From Candidatus Moraniibacteriota bacterium (lineage in GTDB: Bacteria; Patescibacteriota; Minisyncoccia; Moranbacterales; UBA1568): a stretch of 64,000 bases of DNA. The number at the start of each line of letters is the position of its first letter. The first letter of the stretch is position 1. A program made the position numbers and the translations under genes. Below the pieces are notes generated by a model. The model was given only the letters and a program-made list of their open reading frames with translations, ran no database searches and was not told where the DNA came from. The stretch spans positions 1,307-65,306 of the forward strand of contig JAUSGT010000003.1 of NCBI GenBank assembly GCA_030648835.1, given 5' to 3'. Positions 1 to 8,412 of the stretch are shown here, piece by piece.

Positions 1-52
1 GGTTGAACTGTGAGTTGTCAGGTAGAGGCTGTTGGCTGTATGTTAAAAGTTG

Positions 53-125
53 GGGTCCGTAGCTCAGCGGTAGAGCGGGCGACTCATAATCGCTTGGTCG
101 TTGGTCCGACTCCAACCGGACCCAC
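53..125 (+). tRNA. tRNA-Met or tRNA-Ile2 (anticodon CAT), elongator type
   Basis: Cloverleaf readable: acceptor GGGTCCG/CGGACCC, D-arm GCTC-AGCGGTA-GAGC, anticodon loop CTCATAA (CAT), T-arm GTTGG-TCCGACT-CCAAC, discriminator A. G1-C72 and no 3 G-C pairs above anticodon loop argue against initiator. Confidence 0.75.
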
Positions 126-242
126 ATAGGTAATTGAAAATGTAAAAATCAGAATAAAAAATGGATTTCAATAATTTTGAAATTAAGGATTTGTTTGAAA
201 ATTGTGATTTGAAAATTGGAAATTACGTGCGATAGCACGGCC

Positions 243-314
243 GCGGGTATCGTATAGCGGCTATTATGTGACCTTGCCAAGGTTAAGATACGGGTTCGAC
301 TCCCGTTACCCGCT
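243..314 (+). tRNA. tRNA-Gly (anticodon GCC)
   Basis: Acceptor GCGGGTA/TACCCGC, anticodon stem TGACC/GGTTA with loop TTGCCAA (GCC), T-arm ACGGG-TTCGACT-CCCGT, discriminator T; D-stem weak (AT-rich). Confidence 0.7.
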
Positions 315-326
315 CAGGTTTGGAAA

Positions 327-351
327 AGAGGCTTTAATAAGCCTCTTTTTG
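327..351 (+). terminator. Rho-independent terminator after tRNA-Gly
   Basis: 8-bp stem AGAGGCTT/AAGCCTCT with 4-nt loop followed by TTTTTGTT. Confidence 0.6.
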
Positions 352-445
352 TTATCTGTTATTGACAAAACATAAAAAAATTGTCAAAATCTCTTGTTAC
401 TGTATATGGCTAGTTATTTCCAATCACCTCACCGAAGGAGCCACA

Positions 446-1498
446 ATGGCCAAGAGAAAATTGAAACCCAAAGTTCTCATTCTGGGCTGTGGCGGCACTA
501 TCGCTTCAGTCCCAAATGCGAGAGGCCTGCTTGTTCCCGCTAAGACAGCGAAGGAATTGGTAAGTCTTGTACCATCGCTTTCCGAACATGCGGTGCTCGA
601 TATCAAGCAGCTTGAGAACCGTGATAGCAGCGAACTCAACTCGAGCCATTGGACAAAGTTTGCGATGGCTGTCCATCATGCAATCCTGTCCGGCAAGTAC
701 GACGGCATCATCCTCACACACGGCACCGATACGATGGCATACAGCGCAACAGCTGTCTCGCTCATCTTCGGAACAAAGCTGCCCATCCCGGTGATTTTCA
801 CTGGATCGCAACTTGGCTTGGTGAGTTTCGGTACCGACGCTCGCTCCAATCTCGAACGCTCGCTCCAGGCTCTTCTCGCTGCTCGCGAGCAAAATGTCGC
901 GGAAGTCATGATTGTATTTGACGACGTGGTGTTGCGAGGGTGTCGGGCAGTGAAAACTTCGGAAGCCGAGTTTCATGCTTTTGATTCACCCGCTTTTCCG
1001 CCGCTTGCAAGAATACTGGCGACGGGGAGCAGATTCATTCGTGACGCACACCGCGCTCGATCACTCAAAGCTTTTCGAGAAGCCAACTTCAGTTTCATGT
1101 TTGGACGTGGTGTGGTTGTGTATGACCTGGTTCCGGGACTCGAGCCTGGTATCGTGTTCGACACAATCAAAAACGGCAAGTGTCAGGGTCTCATTTTGCG
1201 CTCACTTGGAATCGGGAATGTTCCTTCGAGCGATGAGTTTTCGCTCATCCCCTGTATTGAAGAGGCGGCCTCACTGCAAATACCAGTAGTCATCACCACG
1301 AAATTTGCAGGCGGGACAACTCATGCGGGGATTTACGAGCCGGGACGATTAGCACTTGATGCAGGAGCCATAGAGAGCGGAGACCTCACCGATGTAGCCA
1401 CACAGGTCAAAATAATGTGGCTTCTCGGGCATGGTGTTCGCGCGAAGGGCATCCGCCAGGCACTTCTCAGACCAGTAGCAGGCGAGGTAAGTAGATAG
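446..1498 (+). CDS. L-asparaginase family protein (type I asparaginase / GatD-like N-terminal domain)
   Basis: N-terminus KVLILGCGGTIAS matches the asparaginase threonine-containing active-site motif (TGGTIAG); GGAG RBS 7 nt upstream of ATG at 446; ORF 362..1498 frame. Confidence 0.7.
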   Translation: MAKRKLKPKVLILGCGGTIASVPNARGLLVPAKTAKELVSLVPSLSEHAVLDIKQLENRDSSELNSSHWTKFAMAVHHAILSGKYDGIILTHGTDTMAYSATAVSLIFGTKLPIPVIFTGSQLGLVSFGTDARSNLERSLQALLAAREQNVAEVMIVFDDVVLRGCRAVKTSEAEFHAFDSPAFPPLARILATGSRFIRDAHRARSLKAFREANFSFMFGRGVVVYDLVPGLEPGIVFDTIKNGKCQGLILRSLGIGNVPSSDEFSLIPCIEEAASLQIPVVITTKFAGGTTHAGIYEPGRLALDAGAIESGDLTDVATQVKIMWLLGHGVRAKGIRQALLRPVAGEVSR

Positions 1499-1590
1499 GG
1501 GTCAACGAACCAGTGTCGAAAAGGCGACACAAGAAACGGCAAACTCACAAGGTTTGTCGTTTTCTAATTGCCTAAATTGCTAAGAAGCTA

Positions 1591-1618
1591 GTTCGAACAT
1601 CGTTGCCGCACCGGCTCA
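1591..1618 (+). repeat. Degenerate copy of tRNA-Gly 3' end (T-loop to acceptor) - tRNA fragment / att-like duplication
   Basis: GTTCGAACATCGTTGCCGCACCGGCTCA aligns with tRNA-Gly 3' end GTTCGACTCCCGTTACCCGCTCA (281-316); the following ~45 nt (terminator plus TTGACA) also repeat the sequence downstream of the intact tRNA. Confidence 0.5.
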
Positions 1619-1630
1619 GGTTTAGAAAAT

Positions 1631-1654
1631 GAGGCTTTGCAGGCCTCTTTTTTG
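1631..1654 (+). terminator. Rho-independent terminator (paralogous copy of the 327-351 terminator)
   Basis: Stem GAGGC/GCCTC with 7-nt loop followed by TTTTTTG; sequence GGTTTAGAAAATGAGGCTTTGCAGGCCTCTTTTTTG parallels 316-351. Confidence 0.6.
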
Positions 1655-1709
1655 TATGATTGACAAGTTCGTACCTACGAAGTAAAAATATCCATGTTAA
1701 AATTAATAC

Positions 1710-2414
1710 ATGAAAGAAAATAAATTGTTTCCTCCTTTTAATAAACAAGCAAACTTTGATGATTTGAATAAATCTTCATTGTTTGAGGGTCAGGGAATTT
1801 TTCCTGAAAAATTTAGAATACCAAAAATAGAATTCAAAGAATCGGAAACCAAATTTGCCGAAACAACAGTTTTTGACTTTGAAGTTGGAGAGCTCCATTT
1901 AAGTGCAGACGTTCATTTGTCTGCAGATAAAGAAGTAGGAGATACGGTGGTACTGGAGATGAATTTTTCTGACAAAAAGGCTAATAAGAGAGTCGCCGAA
2001 TTCCAGGTGCATTTAGGAAGGATAAGTGATTCTGTTGGTGCCGATGTTCGACACGGGAGAGTAGGCAAAAGAATATGGAGAATAAATCACAGATTAGTCA
2101 ATGAAAACTATCGCCAGCGAGGATTGGGAACAACAGCATTTTGTGCGATCGAAAAAACTATCGGGATGATAAATCAAAATAATCCGGAATTGGTAAGTAA
2201 TTTTTTAGAAGTAGGAACCTCTTACACATCGGTAGCCAGAATAATAATCGATCATGAATGGCTCGGACAGCAAAACTCTGGGGGTATCAAGAATAAAAAT
2301 AGGCACGACTTCCACTATATTCCTGTTGAGGGTGCTGAAAATGATGCCAGAAAACTTGTAAGTGAAAAGAAAAAGGGCAGGGGCCCATTTGTGAGTTTTA
2401 GGAAATATTTTTAA
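1710..2414 (+). CDS. Hypothetical protein with GNAT-like acetyl-CoA binding motif
   Basis: 234-aa ORF; segment VNENYRQRGLGTTAFCAIEKTI resembles GNAT motif A (Q/R-x-x-G-x-G/A). Otherwise no recognisable family; AT-rich island. Confidence 0.35.
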   Translation: MKENKLFPPFNKQANFDDLNKSSLFEGQGIFPEKFRIPKIEFKESETKFAETTVFDFEVGELHLSADVHLSADKEVGDTVVLEMNFSDKKANKRVAEFQVHLGRISDSVGADVRHGRVGKRIWRINHRLVNENYRQRGLGTTAFCAIEKTIGMINQNNPELVSNFLEVGTSYTSVARIIIDHEWLGQQNSGGIKNKNRHDFHYIPVEGAENDARKLVSEKKKGRGPFVSFRKYF

Positions 2415-2437
2415 GCATATGACACAATAAAAACATT

Positions 2438-2950
2438 ATGAAAAAATTTCTTCTCATCATAGATGGGCCGATGGGTGTCGGCAAAACGACGGTAGCCAGA
2501 ATTCTCCATGAGAAAATACGGCAGACGGCGCACATCGGGCTTGATCAGATCAAGTGGCTCGTGTCTGGTTTTCAAAGAACCCCCGTACAAAACGAGATGA
2601 CCCGGGCCGTTGTCATGGCTATGGCCGGAGAATATCTGCGCCAGGGAGTCAGTGTCATTCTTGAACAAGGAATGAAAAAAGAGCAGATCGCCGTCTATAA
2701 GAAACTTGCGAAAAGATATAAAGCGAAATATTTCATCTTTCGATTGAGTGCGTCAAAAGAGGTGCTTTTTGAAAGAGTGCGCAAGCGCCCGTCCAAATCC
2801 GGGAGACCAAAAATATCGAACGCGAGACTCCTGCGAAATTACCGTTTCCACTTGGCGAACCGACATACCGAAGGTATCGAAATCAATGCCGAAAAAATGA
2901 TTCCGGAGGAAATTGCAAAGCGTATTCTCAAAGAACTCAAAGCCCGATAG
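2438..2950 (+). CDS. P-loop NTPase / small-molecule kinase family protein (AAA_33 / chloramphenicol-phosphotransferase-like fold)
   Basis: Walker A at N-terminus LLIIDGPMGVGKTTVARIL; size (170 aa) typical of shikimate/nucleoside/antibiotic kinase-like P-loop kinases. Confidence 0.5.
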   Translation: MKKFLLIIDGPMGVGKTTVARILHEKIRQTAHIGLDQIKWLVSGFQRTPVQNEMTRAVVMAMAGEYLRQGVSVILEQGMKKEQIAVYKKLAKRYKAKYFIFRLSASKEVLFERVRKRPSKSGRPKISNARLLRNYRFHLANRHTEGIEINAEKMIPEEIAKRILKELKAR

Positions 2951-3002
2951 GAAATACGATTCAGGTATCGTGGCCAGTCGGATTTAATAGTATAATCGAG
3001 AT

Positions 3003-3713
3003 ATGAAAATAGTGTTTCTCAATGTCTGGGAAGGAAAACTTCAAAGCGCTATCGCGAAGTTTATCAAAGAACAGTCTGTGGATACAGACATTTTTTGTTT
3101 TCAAGAGTTTACTCACGGTATGGACGGGATAGCAAAGGATGTTCTTTCCGGCTACGAAAAAGTTTCTGCCTACAAATCAATAGGCGAAGAAGATTATTTT
3201 CCACAAGCAATATTTGTTCGCAAAAATCTTCGCGTGCTGTCTTTTGGAGTATTGCTTGAAAAGCAAATGGAGTGCGGGTTGGCCATATATGTACAGGTGC
3301 CGTTTGGGAAGAGCGGTTTGTATGTCTGTAACTTGCATGGGACATCGGAGCCGGGCGAGAAATTGGATACGCCAGGCAGGTTGCGGCAATCACAGACACT
3401 CATTGATTATTTCAAAGAGAAGGAGGTCCCGATAATTATTGGCGGAGATTTTAATTTGCTCCCCCAGACAAAAAGCATACGAATATTTGAAGAAAACGGA
3501 TATAAGGATCTCATAAAAGATTTTGGGATAAAAACAACCCGCAATCATTATGCTTGGGACAAGTATCCCAATAGTCCTCATTACTATTCCGACTACGTTT
3601 TTGTCAGTCCAGCGACTTTGACTGTGAAAGAATTTTCCGTCCCCAATAACGAAGTTTCGGATCACCTGCCGCTTATTTTGGATATTGAATCAATACACCC
3701 GAACGTCCTTTAG
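3003..3713 (+). CDS. Endonuclease/exonuclease/phosphatase (EEP) family protein
   Basis: FCFQE near N-terminus, IIGGDFNL and C-terminal SDHLPLIL are the catalytic motifs of the EEP superfamily. Confidence 0.65.
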   Translation: MKIVFLNVWEGKLQSAIAKFIKEQSVDTDIFCFQEFTHGMDGIAKDVLSGYEKVSAYKSIGEEDYFPQAIFVRKNLRVLSFGVLLEKQMECGLAIYVQVPFGKSGLYVCNLHGTSEPGEKLDTPGRLRQSQTLIDYFKEKEVPIIIGGDFNLLPQTKSIRIFEENGYKDLIKDFGIKTTRNHYAWDKYPNSPHYYSDYVFVSPATLTVKEFSVPNNEVSDHLPLILDIESIHPNVL

Positions 3714-4320
3714 GGATTTTGAAAACGATAACTCCAGCGAGAGCCCCCAGAGTATTGAAGCTGATATCCGCCAAAGTATCCCAGGCCAGATAGTTGCCAT
3801 AGACTCCCCATTCCTGCGTTTTGAAAAGGTAGTCCGATGCGGCTTCAAATATTTCCCAGAGTATTCCGGAACCAAACACGATGAGGATAACTAGCCATAC
3901 TATTTTTCTTGATGGCAGGCGAGCCCATCCTTTGAGTGCCTCGCACAGAATGAAAGCAAAAAGCATAGAAACAATGAAATGAGCGAGCTTGTCGTACTGA
4001 AATCCGAATTTGTAGAGTTGGTACAAACCAAGTTCCCCCGCCATATTGATGGAGAGTGAAAATGCTATGGCCGAATGTATTTTAAAGACCATGTTTCTCT
4101 TTTGAGTGGTGTCTTTTTTGAAGAAGAACCCCGGTAAATAGATAAAGAATGGAGAAACAAGCGCAATGATGCCTATGAAGACAGGGTTATAAAAACTTGG
4201 AAACCAGTATTTCGGTCCGAAAAGCAAAGTAAGCCCGATAACTACGAGCACTGCACTTGAAAATTTCAGAAAATTTTTATGCCACATAAGATTCAGAAGG
4301 TTTTGACGTCGGCAAAGCAT
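3673..4320 (-). CDS. Hypothetical integral membrane protein
   Basis: 215-aa ORF, 5-6 hydrophobic segments; convergent, overlaps EEP gene end by 41 nt. Confidence 0.45.
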   Translation of the reverse strand: MLCRRQNLLNLMWHKNFLKFSSAVLVVIGLTLLFGPKYWFPSFYNPVFIGIIALVSPFFIYLPGFFFKKDTTQKRNMVFKIHSAIAFSLSINMAGELGLYQLYKFGFQYDKLAHFIVSMLFAFILCEALKGWARLPSRKIVWLVILIVFGSGILWEIFEAASDYLFKTQEWGVYGNYLAWDTLADISFNTLGALAGVIVFKIPKGRSGVLIQYPK

Positions 4321-4418
4321 TGTATACCCTTTTGATCTTTATGGGAAGCTGGCTGTTTCAAAAAACAGTTTACCGTCATGAGTTAGACGCGGCAACTGAT
4401 GAGTGATATGGTAATCGT

Positions 4419-4991
4419 ATGAAAGATATCAAGAATTCAAAAAATATCGTATATATTCCCGGCTGGATGGACAGGGGAAAAATTCATGGTTTTCAGAACA
4501 GTAGAGATGTGTGGGCGAAAGAACGCAACACACAGTTAGATATTGAAGCTCGGTACATCATCGGCCACAGCGTAGGAGCTCTCATCGCCCTGGATTGCTG
4601 GCAGAGGAAGAAAGACCCCCATCTCATTCTTGTTGGGCCGCTTGTTCCTCAGAGAAGTCTCCTCGTATGGTTGTGGCGCTGGATGAAATTTATTTTTTAT
4701 GAAGGCATTCCCCTGTCGTCGGAGAGATTGAAGACATTTCTTTACATTGTTCAAGGAACAGTAAAGCTGGCAAAGCTTCTGCGCAGCGATCCCCTTGCGA
4801 TAATAGAGCAGGTGCCAAAGGAGAATATCTTGATTATTCGGGGGAAAGACGATCTGTTTTTTTGCGGTGAAGAAGTGATGAGAATATTCAAAGAGAAAGG
4901 AGTGCCGACCATCGAAGTAGCTGGCGTGGGGCATAACTGGCGACCTGAAATCGACACTATTATTGAAGAGTACCTATTGGGTAAGATTTAA
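4419..4991 (+). CDS. Alpha/beta hydrolase fold protein (small esterase/lipase-like)
   Basis: Nucleophile elbow GHSVG (G-x-S-x-G) in IIGHSVGALIALD; 190 aa. Confidence 0.55.
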   Translation: MKDIKNSKNIVYIPGWMDRGKIHGFQNSRDVWAKERNTQLDIEARYIIGHSVGALIALDCWQRKKDPHLILVGPLVPQRSLLVWLWRWMKFIFYEGIPLSSERLKTFLYIVQGTVKLAKLLRSDPLAIIEQVPKENILIIRGKDDLFFCGEEVMRIFKEKGVPTIEVAGVGHNWRPEIDTIIEEYLLGKI

Positions 4992-5020
4992 CGGCGTATA
5001 CACGCTGATTTCATAAAGAA

Positions 5021-5048
5021 CCGCTTCTTTTCCGGAGCGGGTTTTTTT
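5021..5048 (+). terminator. Rho-independent terminator
   Basis: CCGCTTC ... GGAGCGG stem followed by GTTTTTTTG. Confidence 0.55.
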
Positions 5049-5236
5049 GTATCCCGGTAAAAGTGGCGTCTATAAAGCAAAGTAAGCATAACAAAACGAT
5101 AAATATGCTTTAAATAAGCCAAATAGCGGTACTTTAGCCTTGACTAAGTTCTATTTTTGTGCTATCATCGTCGGTTGGCTCGAAAAGTCGACCCGTCTCC
5201 CTTACGAGGGTTGCGGCTCATCCGTAAGAGCAATCT

Positions 5237-5788
5237 ATGATGTTTCGAAAAGGTTTTCTTTTCGTTGTAGCCATGGTAGCGGTTTCCTCCAGTGTAAATA
5301 TAGTCCGCGCCGCAGAAATTACCGATAACCTTCCCCTGTTCAACGCTTACAACTTCAAAAACGACCCGTTTACGTTGGATTGGACGCTTCTTGTTGAGGA
5401 CAAAGAGGCAGAGGTGGCGACTCCCGCTCCGGTGTCTTTTGAGGAAAAAACTCTCAATCGTTGGAAACAGAAACAAGCCCATTTGTGGGGAGCTCTTCCG
5501 AAAGAGAAGTTTATTATCAACGCCTCTGCCTATACGGCTGCGGCTGATGAGTGCGGCAAGAGTGACGGCATCACTGCTTCCGGGCTGAAAGTCGAGGAAC
5601 AGCAGACACTCGCTTGCCCACCCGCCTTTCCCTTCGGTACCAAAATTAGCATTGAAGGAGTAGGTGAGCGGCGTTGTGAAGACCGCGGTGGGGCTATCAA
5701 AGGCAACCACTTCGATATCTATGTGGAGACCAAAGCAGAAGCTTTCGCTTTCGGGCGGCGCAATTTGACAGCGCAAGTGATAGAGTAA
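5237..5788 (+). CDS. Secreted 3D-domain protein (MltA/RlpA-like double-psi beta-barrel; cell-wall associated)
   Basis: N-terminal signal peptide (FLFVVAMVAVSSSVNIVRA); C-terminal GITASG...GTKISIEGVG...HFDIYV matches the 3D domain (three conserved Asp) found in YuiC/YabE-like proteins. Confidence 0.6.
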   Translation: MMFRKGFLFVVAMVAVSSSVNIVRAAEITDNLPLFNAYNFKNDPFTLDWTLLVEDKEAEVATPAPVSFEEKTLNRWKQKQAHLWGALPKEKFIINASAYTAAADECGKSDGITASGLKVEEQQTLACPPAFPFGTKISIEGVGERRCEDRGGAIKGNHFDIYVETKAEAFAFGRRNLTAQVIE

Positions 5789-5800
5789 AACAAAATCAAA

Positions 5801-5832
5801 AACGCCCCGCTCTAAGAACGGGGCGTTTTTGT
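5801..5832 (+). terminator. Rho-independent terminator
   Basis: CGCCCCG/CGGGGCG stem with loop CTCTAAGAA then TTTTTGTTTG. Confidence 0.7.
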
Positions 5833-5938
5833 TTGACGCTCACCTTCAACTCCGATAGACTGATGATGTTCTGTTTCCAGCCCAAGGCTGGTCCGCCTTG
5901 GGCAGAGAGCAATGAAACTTGCTAGAATTAATTGTAGT

Positions 5939-6009
5939 GGTCCGATGGCCGAGTGGTTAGGCAAAGGTCTGCAAAACCTTTTACAGCGGTTCAATTCCGC
6001 TTCGGACCT
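5939..6009 (+). tRNA. tRNA-Cys (anticodon GCA)
   Basis: Acceptor GGTCCGA/TCGGACC, 3-bp D-stem, anticodon stem AAGGT/ACCTT loop CTGCAAA, T-arm AGCGG-TTCAATT-CCGCT, discriminator T. Confidence 0.75.
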
Positions 6010-6025
6010 CAAGATGTTTTTAGTC

Positions 6026-6108
6026 GCCGTGGTGGCGGAATGGTATACGCAGAGGACTTAAAATCCTCGGATCGTAAGGTCATGCGAGTTCGAGTCTCGC
6101 CCGCGGCA
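6026..6108 (+). tRNA. tRNA-Leu (anticodon TAA), class II with long variable arm
   Basis: Acceptor GCCGTGG/CCGCGGC, anticodon stem GAGGA/TCCTC loop CTTAAAA, 14-nt variable arm, T-arm GCGAG-TTCGAGT-CTCGC, discriminator A; 83 nt. Confidence 0.8.
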
Positions 6109-6185
6109 CATAAAGCAATGATTCTGTCGTTTGGCAAGATCCTTGGTTTTGAATTTTAAAATTTTGTTTTTTAACAAACCGTTTT

Positions 6186-6791
6186 TTGGAAAAAAGGATT
6201 TTTGGTATGAACGCAAAAAAGCAGTTAGGAACTCGAGAGTGTCTCGCCGGCTTGATTAGTGGGGAAAACATACAGCATCTCAATCCGAAGGCCTGGCCCA
6301 ACCTTGTGACTCGTATCCGGATTATGATACTGAAGCGACGTTTTTTTTGGACTTTGGCCGGACGTTTTGTTTGTCATCCAGGAGAGCCGGTGTTGGTTGT
6401 GTATAGGTCTCCAAGCAGCGAAACAGAGATCGGAGGGAAGTATTTGTATTTTGGGAAAATCGCCAAAGTAAAACAATCAGCAATTTACTTCAGGAAAATT
6501 CTTTTCCCTACCTCGCAGTATGTAGTGAGTAGAGACTGGCTGACCGAACTGAAGATCAACTGCGTGAAGGGTAACATCCCCGAGATGGTTTTTAGAAGGG
6601 ATATCCTCTGGTTATACTATACCCGCTTTGAACGGGAATATGGTCTCGATTTGTTGATTGGCACAGGTGAGGTCGAAGAGTGGATTTCTGGGAAAAGAGG
6701 GCTATACCCATATTTGATTCCTGCTTTGGCTGATGCTCTCCGTTACACTTTGCGGGTTGGCGCGGGGCAGACTGCAAGACTCTTCGCCTGA
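6186..6791 (+). CDS. Hypothetical protein
   Basis: 201-aa ORF immediately downstream of tRNA pair; no recognisable motif. Confidence 0.35.
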   Translation: MEKRIFGMNAKKQLGTRECLAGLISGENIQHLNPKAWPNLVTRIRIMILKRRFFWTLAGRFVCHPGEPVLVVYRSPSSETEIGGKYLYFGKIAKVKQSAIYFRKILFPTSQYVVSRDWLTELKINCVKGNIPEMVFRRDILWLYYTRFEREYGLDLLIGTGEVEEWISGKRGLYPYLIPALADALRYTLRVGAGQTARLFA

Positions 6792-6946
6792 TTCCGCGGT
6801 GAAATCCTTTAATACGACTCCCCTGGCCAAGAATGCCGGAGGGAGTTCGTTTTTTATCAGAATCGTTTTTTGTCAAAGCACCGTTTTCTGTTATGCTTCG
6901 GTAAACAGAAAAAGCTCGTCCTTTACCAATTTTGAGAGGAGTCCCC

Positions 6947-8362
6947 ATGAAGTTACCTCAGATTATTCAAGGCGGTATGGGGGTTGGTGTTTCCGGATAC
7001 CTCCTTGCCCGCGCGGTAGCCCTTTCTGGCGGTCTTGGTACCGTTTCAGGAGTGGTTGCACCACATATTTTGGCGCATATTTTGCAGCAAGGTGATCCGG
7101 GCGGTCATTATCGGCGGGCGCTTTCCGCATTCCCTTTTCAAAGTATTGCGCACAATGTTTTTGCCAAATACTTTGTTGAGGGTGGTATCCCATCCGAGAC
7201 AGCGTATCGCACTATTCCTGTGTTCAGTCTTCGACTGCCTCGGGAGCTGGTGGAATTGACTCTTTGCGCGAATTTCGCGTTAGTGTGGTTGGCCAAAGAG
7301 GGGCACAACTATCCGATCAGTATCAACTATCTGGAGAAAATCCAAATCCCCCACCTCTATAGTTTCTTCGGGGCGATGTTGGCCGGGGTGAACGTCGTGA
7401 CGATGGGTGCTGGTATCCCGTTCCAAGTCCCGAGTATTTTGGATGCTTTTGCCCAGGGCCAGTCCGCCAACTATCGGGTTGCTATCGAAGGAAGTCCCGG
7501 CGAAGCTGTTTTTATGGAGTTTGATCCGGAGAAGTTTTTTGACGAAAAGCTTCCTCCACTCAAGCGGCCGGCTTTTTTGCCGATTGTTTCTTCGGACAGT
7601 CTGGCGAAGATTTTGCTGAAGAAAGCCAAAGGGACAACCATCGAAGGGTTCGTGGTTGAGCTTCCGACAGCCGGTGGTCACAATGCCGGACCACGAGGGA
7701 CCCCAAAACGCTTTAACGACCAGGGTGAACCTCTTTACGGGGAGGCCGATCGGGTTGATTTTGAGGAGTTGAAAAAACTTGGTCTCCCGTTCTGGATTGG
7801 TGGATCTCTCGGTTCATCGGAAGGATTGGCAGAGGCGCTCTCGCTTGGCGCCGTAGGTATTCAGGCAGGCTCTATTTTTGCTCTTGCGGATGAATCCGGA
7901 CTGGAGAGCAAACAGAAAAGCCATATTCGCCGGCAAGGGTATCTTGGCGATTTGCGTGTCATCACGAGCCAATGGTCGCCGACCGGATTTCCGTTCAAAG
8001 TTGTCGCTTTGCCCGGGACTACTTCAGAGGATGCGGTTTATCAAGCTCGAAAACGGATCTGCAGTATGAGCTATCTGATAACCCCGTTTCGTCGTCCGGA
8101 TGGTATCATCACCTCGCGTTGTTCAGCAGAACCGGAAAAGAAATTCATTCATAAAGGCGGTGATATCAAAGACACTCTTGGCAAGCGTTGTCTCTGCCAG
8201 GGGCTTTTGGCAAGCGTTGGGTTGGGGAATCCCGATGAACCACAAATTTTCACACTCGGTGATGACGTGAGTTTTTTGCGGAAACTTATGGCGGATAAAA
8301 ACGCCGCATACACCGCGGCTGACGCAATGATCTATCTCACGAGGGGAAAACAGGGTGAATAG
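6947..8362 (+). CDS. Nitronate monooxygenase / 2-nitropropane dioxygenase (NPD) family FMN oxidoreductase (FabK-like fold) with C-terminal extension
   Basis: IIQGGMGVGVSGYLLARAVALSGGLGTVSG is the NMO/NPD signature (QGGM...AGGLG); GAGGAG RBS 5-6 nt upstream of ATG 6947. Confidence 0.6.
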   Translation: MKLPQIIQGGMGVGVSGYLLARAVALSGGLGTVSGVVAPHILAHILQQGDPGGHYRRALSAFPFQSIAHNVFAKYFVEGGIPSETAYRTIPVFSLRLPRELVELTLCANFALVWLAKEGHNYPISINYLEKIQIPHLYSFFGAMLAGVNVVTMGAGIPFQVPSILDAFAQGQSANYRVAIEGSPGEAVFMEFDPEKFFDEKLPPLKRPAFLPIVSSDSLAKILLKKAKGTTIEGFVVELPTAGGHNAGPRGTPKRFNDQGEPLYGEADRVDFEELKKLGLPFWIGGSLGSSEGLAEALSLGAVGIQAGSIFALADESGLESKQKSHIRRQGYLGDLRVITSQWSPTGFPFKVVALPGTTSEDAVYQARKRICSMSYLITPFRRPDGIITSRCSAEPEKKFIHKGGDIKDTLGKRCLCQGLLASVGLGNPDEPQIFTLGDDVSFLRKLMADKNAAYTAADAMIYLTRGKQGE

Positions 8363-8412
8363 TACAGGCTTTCTGCGCAGAGCTCCACCAAGCATGGGGC
8401 CGCGCAGTTTTT

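Noticed and set aside
53-125. Calling the CAT-anticodon tRNA an initiator tRNA-fMet
   Set aside because: It has a normal G1-C72 pair and lacks the three consecutive G-C pairs at the base of the anticodon stem. It is elongator Met or lysidine-modified Ile2, which cannot be distinguished from sequence alone.
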